DNA of 64,000 nucleotides from an uncultured delta proteobacterium (GCA_963712115.1 CAVQGX010000046.1:64001-128000), one strand, 5' to 3'. Positions 1 to 8,948 are shown, numbered from the stretch's first letter. Notes: a model not told the origin generated them from the sequence alone. Numbers and translations: made by a program.

Positions 1-24
1 TCCAGAAAGTACAAGAAATAGCCT

Positions 25-1671
25 ATGAAACTTCTTTGTTGGCAAGGCTCACCGGGCAAAGCACCTCTGATCCTTTTAATACTAGTCTGTTTACTCCTGA
101 TTACGCTCAGTACCGGGAGAGCCACAGCTGGAGAGAATAATCCAAAGATAATCATTCTCGAATTTCACGGTTTGAAGAGAGAAATTCTGGCTGAAAGCTT
201 AGAGGATCTGCCTAATTTCCGGGAAATTATTAAGGGGGTCAATGACGACCAGGCTTATGTCTATCTACCCCAAGTCTTTACCACCATTCCCGCTGCCTCC
301 CAGCCAGCTGTAACCTCCATGTACACCGGACTTTATCCTCAACGCACCGGGGTGGTTTCTACTATTTGGTTTGACCGAGCCACCTACCAAATCCGCACTC
401 TCATCTCCTATTCACAAGACAGGATCAACAACATTTTAAAGGCTGGGGAGGTCAAGTCCCTGTTTGACTACGTCGGTCAATCAGGCAAACGATCCATGAC
501 CACTATGCTCATGCTCACCAAAGGGGCTAATTGGTCAATTAAATCCGGCATGTTTTTCTGGGGTAATGCTTCTGTTCTTAATGCTTTTCGCCATGGTAAA
601 TGGGTTCCTAACAGCCATTACGTGGACAACAAAACCCTCGACGGTTTTCTCACTGGCCATGTATCGGCTTATAGGAGAAGTCTTGCAGGTATCTACCAAT
701 ATGACCATCTGATCCCAGATGTAATGGTAGTCCAACTGTTGGGTACTGACCTGTTTTCCCATTATCCCGTGGGTGATTTCAAAGAACGTCAGGCTTCCAT
801 GAACGAAATCCAGAAGCATTACGTTCAAACCGTACTGGATCCGCTCATGGGCAGGTTGATCAGTGCTCTAAAAGAGTTGGGAACCTATGAGGACACCATT
901 TTTATCCTGGCTTCGGAACACGGGTCCATCCGCATCCAAAAACATATTCCCGATAACACCTTAGCTCATAGTCTCCGCCACCATTTCAAGCTGCCAAATT
1001 GGTTAAGAAGCAACAGTCGGGCGGATGCTGTCATCATGCTAGGGGCTTGCACCAAAGAGGTGTACCTCAAGAACCGGCAAACCGGCAAATGGATGGATCC
1101 ACCCCGAATGCTGGCAGATGTCAAGCCGGCGGTGGATCTTATCCTGGCCAACCCGGAGGTGAAAACCTCTATGAAGGCAATGGTTGTACGCCAGTATCCT
1201 GGTGAACGGCACGAGGGTTTGGCAGAGAAAGACCAGTGGTGGTTCTTTGACTGGCAAGCATATCAGGCGGCCGGCGGCGAAGCTATTGCATTCCGTCAGG
1301 CCTTGCGGCCTCTAAGTGAACTGGCAGATAACTTTGAATTGGGCCAATATCTGCTTCAGGGGCTCAGAAGACAATACACCAGAGAGACGGCTCCGGACAT
1401 AAAGCTGATCAACAAGAAAGGATATTATTTCGAGCGTGACTTCGACAAGTATGGACATCACGGCAGTTACTATCCCGACGACTGCATCGTGTCGTTCTGG
1501 GTGGCAGGACCCGGACTGTCGCCAGTTGTCCCCGGCCAACATATCTATGAGGCTCATGCTTCAACATTGGACCTGGTTCCCATGGTAACTCACCTATTGG
1601 GAATACCCATACCTGAAGGGCTAGACGGATCTAATCCCCTGGCAAACTTGCAGACCAATACTGATCAATAA
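25..1671 (+). CDS. Secreted alkaline phosphatase superfamily protein (nucleotide pyrophosphatase/phosphodiesterase-like)
   Basis: Signal-like N-terminus; AlkP/NPP motifs TIPAASQPA..TGLYP, DLFSH, SEHG, GHHG, TLDLVP..LLG. Confidence 0.8.
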   Translation: MKLLCWQGSPGKAPLILLILVCLLLITLSTGRATAGENNPKIIILEFHGLKREILAESLEDLPNFREIIKGVNDDQAYVYLPQVFTTIPAASQPAVTSMYTGLYPQRTGVVSTIWFDRATYQIRTLISYSQDRINNILKAGEVKSLFDYVGQSGKRSMTTMLMLTKGANWSIKSGMFFWGNASVLNAFRHGKWVPNSHYVDNKTLDGFLTGHVSAYRRSLAGIYQYDHLIPDVMVVQLLGTDLFSHYPVGDFKERQASMNEIQKHYVQTVLDPLMGRLISALKELGTYEDTIFILASEHGSIRIQKHIPDNTLAHSLRHHFKLPNWLRSNSRADAVIMLGACTKEVYLKNRQTGKWMDPPRMLADVKPAVDLILANPEVKTSMKAMVVRQYPGERHEGLAEKDQWWFFDWQAYQAAGGEAIAFRQALRPLSELADNFELGQYLLQGLRRQYTRETAPDIKLINKKGYYFERDFDKYGHHGSYYPDDCIVSFWVAGPGLSPVVPGQHIYEAHASTLDLVPMVTHLLGIPIPEGLDGSNPLANLQTNTDQ

Positions 1672-1674
1672 GTT

Positions 1675-1802
1675 AGGTGTTCAGGTGTCAGATAATGCCC
1701 TCATGTTTGCTCTCCTGGCACCTGACACCCGAAACCAGACACCTTATTGATTGGAATTTGCGCCATGCGCTATGCTCTACCTGTCCTGAGCCTGTCGAAG
1801 GG
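1675..1802. repeat. Inverted tandem heptamer arms (AGGTGTC / TGACACC family), a CTATGCG half-arm and a REP-like CCTGAGCCTGTCGAAGGG motif
   Basis: aggtgttcaggtgtcaga (1675-1692) vs ctggcacctgacacccgaaaccagacacc (1715-1743); starts 3 nt after the stop codon. Confidence 0.75.
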
Positions 1803-1842
1803 CAGATGATGCCTTGCTGGTGGATCAGGGCACCATCGTTAT

Positions 1843-1871
1843 TTGACATAAAGCCCTGGCGTTTCTATAAT
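1843..1871 (+). promoter_or_regulatory. sigma70-type promoter
   Basis: Perfect TTGACA-N17-TATAAT, 50 nt upstream of the ATG at 1922, which has an AAGGAG RBS. Confidence 0.8.
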
Positions 1872-1921
1872 CTGCAGCCAATCTCTTAATGGCTATCACT
1901 AAAAAATAAGGAGACCAATCC

Positions 1922-2788
1922 ATGGGCAACAGGATAGGGTTATCTGCCTTCGTCGTTATCTTGACACTTCTGGTAAGTGGAGGGATATCAAATCTTTCGG
2001 CCCAGTCAACCACTTGGGCGGAAAATCCTTTACTCGACTGGGAAAGAGACAATCTCCAGGCCTTCGACAGAAACAATTACGACAAAGTTATCGACATGGC
2101 GCAAAACCAAGCAAATGATCCCAACGGCAATGCTTTTCTCTTCATCTACTATGGCCATGCCCAGAAATACTATTTGGAGCGCAACCGAACGTCTGCCGTT
2201 TACTACAAGCAACAATATCACATGACCCTAAATCGACTTTCAGGGGCCAATCTGGCCGTGCTGACAAGATTAATTGCCATGCCCCAGACGTCCTGGAATA
2301 AGAAAATTAACAATCAGTTTTTGGATGCAGCATTCGAAAAAGCAGCCACCATGGAGTATCTGGGTGCCGTCCTTTTCTATCTAGAGAGCCCGAATCCGGA
2401 TGTGGCCAAAGGTGCAATTGGAGGTCTGAAGGCCATTTTACAGGAGAAGCGTAACATAGTCATGAACGGCGGCACTCTGAGCAGTTCTGACCGGGCCTGG
2501 ATGAGCGACAACCGCCTGTTGCAGCTGCTGGTCAAAAAGGCAGGTGAAACCTCCAGCCCTGCTACCGGTTTCATCTCGAAGATTCCAGCCTTTGCCCGTC
2601 AAAAGGTACTGGGCGGTGCCCCTGCTTGCTTAGCCCTAATTGAAGACCCGGCTTTGCCCATGTTGCGCCAGGCTGCCACCATGGGTAATGCCAGCGCAGC
2701 TGCTGTAATCCAATTAATTCAAGATGCCAGGGGCGCCCGTCTTGCCAAGTACGCCAATAGTACCTGGTACAGCGCCACAGGCCCCTAG
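1922..2788 (+). CDS. Exported all-alpha hypothetical protein (possible HEAT/TPR-like repeats)
   Basis: 288 aa ORF, AAGGAG RBS, signal peptide, consensus promoter; no recognisable family. Confidence 0.75.
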   Translation: MGNRIGLSAFVVILTLLVSGGISNLSAQSTTWAENPLLDWERDNLQAFDRNNYDKVIDMAQNQANDPNGNAFLFIYYGHAQKYYLERNRTSAVYYKQQYHMTLNRLSGANLAVLTRLIAMPQTSWNKKINNQFLDAAFEKAATMEYLGAVLFYLESPNPDVAKGAIGGLKAILQEKRNIVMNGGTLSSSDRAWMSDNRLLQLLVKKAGETSSPATGFISKIPAFARQKVLGGAPACLALIEDPALPMLRQAATMGNASAAAVIQLIQDARGARLAKYANSTWYSATGP

Positions 2789-3143
2789 CCTGGATGAACC
2801 TTTTTCCTTGTGGATTTGCCGTCTACAATGGTGAGTATCTTGTGAGGCCAGGATGAGCTTATAACCCAGAAGAGACAGCAGAAGATCATTTTCATTGCTA
2901 AATCACCCACAACTTTGCAATGGGCTGAATCCGCAGCTACAAGGCAAACATTTTTGGGGAAACTCCTGGTTAGATAATACTTTTCATCTTTAGATGAAAA
3001 TGTTATAAATATATTTCAACAATTTGTTGTAATAATTAATTGATTTCGGTCTGATCTGAATTGTCCTCTCGGCAGGGATTGCACCGCAAGAATTCTATTG
3101 CCTTGGATAACAATCAGACCCAGATGAGGAGGCAGGGGAATTA

Positions 3144-3338
3144 ATGCCTACGCCCGCTAAGGAATTACAGAAAGAGCTCAGATACGGTAACGTAACTGCC
3201 CATAGATACTTTGACTGCCCCCACTACCAGAAGTGCCTAGAGGAGGCGGTGAAGAAGTACTGGGTGAGCTTTTCATGCCGCAATTGCCCAGAATTTAAAG
3301 AGTATAAAAAAACACAAGGCGCCACAAAGGTGCGCTAG
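3144..3338 (+). CDS. Small Cys-rich hypothetical protein (C-x5-C ... C-x2-C, putative metal binding)
   Basis: GAGGAGG/GGGGA upstream; HRYFDCPHYQKCL..W.SFSCRNC pattern. Confidence 0.7.
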   Translation: MPTPAKELQKELRYGNVTAHRYFDCPHYQKCLEEAVKKYWVSFSCRNCPEFKEYKKTQGATKVR

Positions 3339-3639
3339 TAATGGGCCCTCGCCCCCGGACGCGTTTTAGCCGGGGCTAACGACTCTCCGTTCGAAGACTA
3401 TATCTCCACAACCAAACTAGCCCTCCGAGGAATTAGAGGGGATAATTGACGTGAGATGGCAGATGATGACAAAGACTGTCAGAAATCGCAACCAAACCTT
3501 TCTAGTTAGCTTTGTGAGCCGGCATTTGTAGCAGAAAACAAAAATATTCTATAAGTATGTGCCATTTCAAGCATTATCATTGTGACCCAAGAGATTATCA
3601 TGGGTAATTTAAACGCTTTGGTGCAGTCTTTAGGGCTAT

Positions 3640-3655
3640 TGGCACTGATATTGCT
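3640..3655 (+). promoter_or_regulatory. sigma54 (-24/-12) promoter of pilin gene
   Basis: TGGCAC-TGATA-TTGCT matches TGGCAC-N5-TTGCW; pilin genes are typically RpoN/PilR driven. Confidence 0.8.
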
Positions 3656-3772
3656 AGATCACCATGATTGAAAGACCGGTGGATAGGTCTTTTGCCCTGG
3701 TTCCATATAGGTCGGGCGTATACTATAGGACACCGAAACCGAATGATTTTGTTCCAGCAGGAGGAAACGGAT

Positions 3773-4192
3773 ATGCGCTGCAAGATAACCCCTTTCCCCA
3801 TCTCCAATAAAAAAGGCTTCACTCTAATCGAGCTGTTGATGGTTATTGCTATCTTAGGAGTGCTCTCCACCATCGCAATCAAGACTGTCCAGGAAGAAAG
3901 GATGAAGGCCAACGACGCCCAAACCATATCTTTCATGCGAAATTTGTTGACCAGAGCCGAAACTGATTTGCCCACGTTCGTGGGAACGGTACCTGGCGGA
4001 ACATCCCCACCTGGTTATCCGGAGATCAGCTTAAATTCCGGAATGACTTTGACGGTCCTTTATGATGCTGACCTGGATGGTGCTAACAGATGGGACTTTT
4101 ATTTGGCCCACGAGGGGGGAAAACTGGGTTTCTACTTTTGGCTTCCCAGCGATGAATGCCCCTACGACCTGAAGCCAGCGGTTGGCTCCTGA
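3773..4192 (+). CDS. Type IV pilin / prepilin-type protein (possibly frameshifted near the 3' end)
   Basis: Class III signal KKG|FTLIELLMVIAILGVL; RBS GGAGGA before ATG 3773. Confidence 0.85.
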   Translation: MRCKITPFPISNKKGFTLIELLMVIAILGVLSTIAIKTVQEERMKANDAQTISFMRNLLTRAETDLPTFVGTVPGGTSPPGYPEISLNSGMTLTVLYDADLDGANRWDFYLAHEGGKLGFYFWLPSDECPYDLKPAVGS

Positions 4193-4567
4193 TCCAGCCA
4201 TACCATCCGATAAATTGGTGCCGACCTTTGATTCACGGAATGATTACGACGTAGCAGGATATCGCGCCTTGGCGGGGATATAAGACAAGTCAAGGCACCA
4301 TTTGTCCCCTGTGGGAGAAACCGAAACGGCTCGGAAGAATCCGGATTGCTCTCTATTTTCTCTGTCCAAGACAGCCCTAGCCTGTTTTCCCTTTTCTTAG
4401 TGAGTAGATCGTTTTTCTTTCAGCTTTGCCAGACAAATAACACATTTCTTTTTCTACTAGCCATTTCGGCTTGCATATTTCTTGCATATAAGATATAGAC
4501 AATTATCCACTGTGAAATCAAACTGTTCCAAGATTATGCTGAACACAATATCACCGGGGGGTGACGG

Positions 4568-5386
4568 ATGAAAGACAAGAAAATCATAATTCTTGCCGTC
4601 ATTCTATTGGCGCTGGTAGGTTACTACGTCTGGTACGCCAACAAGACCAAGGTTGTGGAACGTCCATCCAGCGCAGTTCAAAGGGCGGAGCGTAACCCTC
4701 AGATAGCACTCTTAAGACAAGTGAACAAGGCAATCTTAGCCCATAAAAAAGATAAGGGGAATGTACCCAAAAGCCTGGATGAGCTCAAAGGTAAATACCT
4801 CGATCCCAAGACTATCCAAGAGGCAAATGATAGAGAGTTTGAGTATCAGTACGTCAATGCTCAGGCTTACCGTCTGATTGCCCCGAAAACCAGCGGAGCA
4901 GTCAGGGTTGCGGCCAAGAAACCTGGGGGCAAGAAAGAGCCGGCAGGGGCCGCCTCCTCTGCGGCGAGTGCATCACCGGCTGCCACCACAGTACTTTCTA
5001 CCACCGACACCGGGTGGAAATATGATCCCACTGGCAAGCCTGATCCTTTCAAACCCTTCATCCTGGCCAGCGCAGCCACAGAGGAAGCCCCTACCGTGGT
5101 TCGCCGTCAGCTTACACCACTTCAGAAAATGCCCCTGAGTGAGATCCAAGCCGGTCTCAAGGCGATCATCTGGGGGCAGCTAGGCAACAAGGCTTTAGTG
5201 GAAGACGCCACCGGTAAGGGATACGTGGTTCAGGAGGGGACTTACGTTGGTCAGCACGACGGCATAGTCAAAAAGATATACCAAGACAGGATAATTGTTG
5301 AGGAGTACAGACGAGACCCCGCTAAAGGTCAATTGGAGCCAACTGAGGTAGTTCTGAAGCTGAAGAAGGTCGAGGCCGAAGAATAA
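4568..5386 (+). CDS. pilP: PilP-like type IV pilus assembly protein with an extra N-terminal domain
   Basis: C-terminal YDPTGKPDPF..LTPLQ..L.AIIWG..ALVEDATGKGY.V..GTYVG typical of deltaproteobacterial PilP. Confidence 0.75.
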   Translation: MKDKKIIILAVILLALVGYYVWYANKTKVVERPSSAVQRAERNPQIALLRQVNKAILAHKKDKGNVPKSLDELKGKYLDPKTIQEANDREFEYQYVNAQAYRLIAPKTSGAVRVAAKKPGGKKEPAGAASSAASASPAATTVLSTTDTGWKYDPTGKPDPFKPFILASAATEEAPTVVRRQLTPLQKMPLSEIQAGLKAIIWGQLGNKALVEDATGKGYVVQEGTYVGQHDGIVKKIYQDRIIVEEYRRDPAKGQLEPTEVVLKLKKVEAEE

Positions 5387-5630
5387 GCCAGCTTAATCAG
5401 TTCCATTAATAAGCAAAACTCTCCTTTATTACGCTCCAAAGAGCGCATTCATAGCCCCAACCAGCTGTGAATCCGAACACCCTTCCGAGATGACACCCTA
5501 AAATTGTGCGATAATTTGCCAGCATGGACCAAAGAAGTTAATTCCCCTAGCCAGTCCTCTTCCTGGTGATAACTGATTTTATTTTCATCCAGTGGAATTC
5601 TTTGTGCTAAAATTAACATGTTTTAGCTTG

Positions 5631-5706
5631 CCTGGATACTCCATGAATTGTCTTCCCGAGGCATGTTCGCAGTCACGCCAGGGCGTCAATTCATGAAATA
5701 TCCGGA
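5631..5706. mobile_element. Internally deleted copy of MITE family A
   Basis: Ends cctggatactccatgaattg / caattcatgaaatatccgga; internal cgcagtcacgccagggcgtcaattcatgaaa nearly identical to the reverse complement of the left end of the 31990 copy. Confidence 0.7.
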
Positions 5707-5768
5707 CTAGACTTGAAATGTGTACCCTGAGATGTTAAAGGCAGGTTGTACGAAGACGGAAAAGACTT

Positions 5769-6320
5769 GTGGCGCTTTGCAACGACGGGGTAGATATGAC
5801 AGCTTCCGACTTGGATCACGAAGAACGGGCACTGATCCAAGAGATTACAGCCTTGCTGCCCGGATTCGAAAAACACAGGGGAAACCTCATTCCCATTCTC
5901 CAGTCCATCCAAGAGAAACATTCTTTTCTTGCCTCCATCGCCATGGAAATGGTGGCAAGTCATCTAAACATCACTCCCAGCGAAGTTTATGGAGTAGCTA
6001 CGTTTTACAATCAGTTTCGCTTTCACCCCCCGGGCAGGAACCAGATAAAGGTTTGTCTTGGTACCGCCTGCCACGTAGCCGGAGGCGACATTATTCTGGA
6101 AAACTTCGAACGAAAACTGGGGATAAAGGACGGAGAGACCACTGCCGACCGTGAATACAGTATCGAAAGAGTGGCTTGTGTAGGATGCTGCGCCCTAGCA
6201 CCCGTCGCCGTGGTTAATGACAATGTTCAGGGACATATGCAACCGAGCAAGGTTGAGGGTATATTCGTACAATTCCAGATTGAGCGAGAACGGGAAGAAA
6301 GGGATAAAGCGAGTGAGTGA
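5769..6320 (+). CDS. NuoE/HydC/HoxE-like [2Fe-2S] subunit (start may be ATG 5796)
   Basis: VYGVATFYNQF, VCLGTACH, ACVGCCALAP motifs. Confidence 0.9.
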   Translation: MALCNDGVDMTASDLDHEERALIQEITALLPGFEKHRGNLIPILQSIQEKHSFLASIAMEMVASHLNITPSEVYGVATFYNQFRFHPPGRNQIKVCLGTACHVAGGDIILENFERKLGIKDGETTADREYSIERVACVGCCALAPVAVVNDNVQGHMQPSKVEGIFVQFQIEREREERDKASE

Positions 6321-8253
6321 GCAAAAGGCAAAAAAACGCTTTGCTCCCATTCAGACGGAGTCGGAACGGCGTATGGCGGAGCGAGAAAGAGAATCCACTC
6401 CAACTATCTTTCTTGTCATGTCCACTTGCGGCCTAGCTTCTGGAGCAACTGAGACCAAACAGGCCTTCGAAGAAGCCCTTTCTGAAAAGTCCATTGAAGC
6501 TCGAATCGTCCCCGTGGGCTGTCTCGGCCACTGTTATGCGGAACCCCTGGTAATCATCGATCATCCCAGTGCGGGATTCCCGCCCATCTGTTATTACCAA
6601 ATCAATGCTGACCGGGCGCGAATCTTGGTCAGATCCTACCTAGAAGGAGGAGATCCTGTTCTTAAATACGTTTTGGGCGCCATGGAAGAAAACGATCTGA
6701 TTCCCGCAGTAATGGATTTTCCCCGCTTCAACCTGGAACAACGTTTGGTCATGGAACACTGCGGCCGCATAGACCCAGACGACATTAATCAATACATCGC
6801 CAAAGGGGGATACTCCGGCTTGGTCAAGGCTCTGGATTCTGCTCCCGAAGAGGTAATTAACCTAGTAGAGGAATCGGGGCTGCGGGGCAGAGGTGGTGCC
6901 GGTTTTCCCACTGGACGCAAGTGGCGAATTGCCAGAGCTGCTGAGGCAGATGGGAAATTTGTTATTTGCAACGGTGATGAAGGGGACCCAGGCGCCTACA
7001 TGGACCGCACCATTCTAGAAAGCAATCCGCACCAGTTGCTGGAAGGTCTCGCCATTTGTGCTTATGCAGTAGGAGCCAGTCGATCCATTGTCTATGTGAG
7101 GGCGGAATATCCCCTTGCCGTAAAGGCAGTCCAGAAGGCAATAAAGAGTGCCGAGGAACTCTCCCTCCTCGGGGCTTCCATTCTCGGGACATCATTCAAT
7201 CTCGAAGTCTCAGTATTTCAAGGTTCCGGGGCTTTCGTTTGCGGCGAGGAAACAGCCCTTATCCAGTCCATCGAGGGAAAGCGTGGAATGCCACAGCACC
7301 GCCCGCCCTTCCCGGTGGAAAAGGGACTTTGGGGACGGCCGACTGTGGTCAACAACGTTAAGACCCTATCCTCCGTGCCCACCATCATCCTAAGGGGGGC
7401 TGAATGGTTTCGAACCATCGGTACTGAGCACAGCCCTGGAACCGCCATTTTCTCTGTGGTGGGCAATGTCAAACATCCAGGGCTAGTTGAAATTGCCATG
7501 GGCACAAGTCTGCGGACGCTTATCTTTGATGTCTGTGGTGGAATCCCCAACAAAAAGGAGTTCAAGGCGGTGCAGATCGGCGGACCCTCGGGCGGTTGTT
7601 TGCCTGCCAGCTTCCTCGATACCCCAATTGATTTCGATTCCCTCACCCAAGCAGGGGCGATGATGGGATCCGGCGGCATGGTGGTGATGGACGAGGACAG
7701 CTGCATGGTGGACGTATCCAGGTATTTTCTTGACTTCACCCAGAAAGAATCTTGCGGCAAATGCACCTTTTGCCGCATAGGGACTAATCATCTTCTCACT
7801 ATTTTACAACGTATCACCAAGGGCGAAGGTCGGGAGAAAGACCTCGAACTACTGGAGACACTAAGCAAGGACATCAAAGATGGCTCTCTCTGTGGACTGG
7901 GTAAAACTGCTCCCAACCCAGTGCTAACCTCACTCAAATATTTTCGGGACGAATACGAAGCGCACATCAATGAGAAGAGATGCCCGGCTTTGAAGTGTAG
8001 ACCTCTTACCGCCTTTTACATCGACTTGGAAAAATGCGCCCGGGGATGTGAAGTTTGTGTTGGCTGCTGTCCGGTGGATGCTATTTTCACCACCAAGGGG
8101 AGAAAAAAAGCTGTAGACCAGGAGCTCTGTGTCAAATGTGGAGAATGCAGGGTGGTCTGCCCTCCGGAATACGACGCGATATTGAAAGTTTCACCGCCGG
8201 AGCTAGCTCCCATTATCGAGCGGCCACCTGAGGAGAAAAAAGACAGGCCGTGA
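6313..8253 (+). CDS. NuoF/HydB/HoxF-like FMN/NADH-binding subunit with N-terminal thioredoxin-like FeS and C-terminal 2x[4Fe-4S] domains
   Basis: SGLRGRGGAGFP, NGDEGDPGAYMDR, GAFVCGEETAL, GGPSGG, ESCGKCTFCR, two ferredoxin motifs; GTG start overlapping the upstream gene end. Confidence 0.9.
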   Translation: MSEQKAKKRFAPIQTESERRMAERERESTPTIFLVMSTCGLASGATETKQAFEEALSEKSIEARIVPVGCLGHCYAEPLVIIDHPSAGFPPICYYQINADRARILVRSYLEGGDPVLKYVLGAMEENDLIPAVMDFPRFNLEQRLVMEHCGRIDPDDINQYIAKGGYSGLVKALDSAPEEVINLVEESGLRGRGGAGFPTGRKWRIARAAEADGKFVICNGDEGDPGAYMDRTILESNPHQLLEGLAICAYAVGASRSIVYVRAEYPLAVKAVQKAIKSAEELSLLGASILGTSFNLEVSVFQGSGAFVCGEETALIQSIEGKRGMPQHRPPFPVEKGLWGRPTVVNNVKTLSSVPTIILRGAEWFRTIGTEHSPGTAIFSVVGNVKHPGLVEIAMGTSLRTLIFDVCGGIPNKKEFKAVQIGGPSGGCLPASFLDTPIDFDSLTQAGAMMGSGGMVVMDEDSCMVDVSRYFLDFTQKESCGKCTFCRIGTNHLLTILQRITKGEGREKDLELLETLSKDIKDGSLCGLGKTAPNPVLTSLKYFRDEYEAHINEKRCPALKCRPLTAFYIDLEKCARGCEVCVGCCPVDAIFTTKGRKKAVDQELCVKCGECRVVCPPEYDAILKVSPPELAPIIERPPEEKKDRP

Positions 8254-8282
8254 ATCTCTGAAGCCAGATAGGCGCAAGGGAA

Positions 8283-8948
8283 ATGATCGAACTGATTGTC
8301 GACGAAAAAGAGATCAAGACGGAAACAGGAAAGTCTGTTCTCCAAGCATGTCTCGAGAATGGCATATTCATCCCCAATCTGTGTTTCATAAAAACAAGGC
8401 AGCACCCTCATGCCTCATGCAGATTGTGCTTCGTAGAAATCGATGGATTTGGCAGGCCTGTGACCTCGTGCACGAAGAAAGTAGGCGAAGGGTTGGTGGT
8501 GAGAACCGACACACCACCAGTGAGACGTTTGCAGCGCATGGCCTTTAAGCTTCTCATGTCAGGACATCCTTGTGACGCAAAAGTTTGTCCGGTCAAAGGT
8601 GGCTGTCAGCTGATCCGCATTGCCAAGCACCTCAAGGTCGGTTTGAACCCAAAACCTCTAGAGTTCATCGAACGAGAAGTTGCGCAAGAAGTCGACCTCA
8701 CTTTTTTCACCTATTACCCATTTCGCTGCGTACTTTGCGGGAAATGCGTCTATGTTTGCCGACAAAGAAATGGCCATAATCTTTTGACTTTTGCTCAACG
8801 GGGCTTCGACACCGTCATTGGTTTTTTCGGTAGCGTCGATCCAGCGGATCTACCCTGTCACACCTGCCTAGCCTGCGCCACAATTTGTCCCACCGGTGCC
8901 CTCATACCAAAGCCCGAGCTGATCAAAGGAGCCAACACCAACCCTTAA
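8283..8948 (+). CDS. Short NuoG-N/HoxU/BamI-like FeS subunit ([2Fe-2S] plus [4Fe-4S] clusters), no catalytic domain
   Basis: IPNLC..ASCRLC.VEI..TSC; HPC..C..C; RCVLCGKCVYVC; CHTCLACATICPTGAL; ends at 221 aa. Confidence 0.85.
   Translation: MIELIVDEKEIKTETGKSVLQACLENGIFIPNLCFIKTRQHPHASCRLCFVEIDGFGRPVTSCTKKVGEGLVVRTDTPPVRRLQRMAFKLLMSGHPCDAKVCPVKGGCQLIRIAKHLKVGLNPKPLEFIEREVAQEVDLTFFTYYPFRCVLCGKCVYVCRQRNGHNLLTFAQRGFDTVIGFFGSVDPADLPCHTCLACATICPTGALIPKPELIKGANTNP

Noticed and set aside
1677-1889. Short ORFs lying over repeat blocks or MITEs (also 12163-12381, 21200-21514, 28303-28500, 31714-31935, 31960-32172, 44542-44730, 46710-47033, 56066-56440, 61558-61875)
   Set aside because: Translations just mirror the repeat units (LTPET, ALCSM, LNRLN) or the MITE; no RBS or protein motifs.
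3773-4192. Conductive e-pilin
   Set aside because: Mature protein is ~124 aa and lacks the aromatic residues around positions 24-27 typical of Geobacter-type short pilins.
4190-4213. Selenocysteine read-through of the pilin TGA
   Set aside because: Only six codons follow before TAA and no convincing SECIS hairpin is visible; a frameshift or true stop is simpler.
5602-5619. Rex operator (TTGTGCTAAAATTAACAT) upstream of the NADH module
   Set aside because: Only 10 of 14 informative positions match in AT-rich DNA; plausible but unsupported without a matrix scan.
5769-8948. Respiratory complex I or a complete hydrogenase/formate dehydrogenase
   Set aside because: No membrane Nuo subunits and no NiFe, H-cluster or molybdopterin catalytic domain in the locus.
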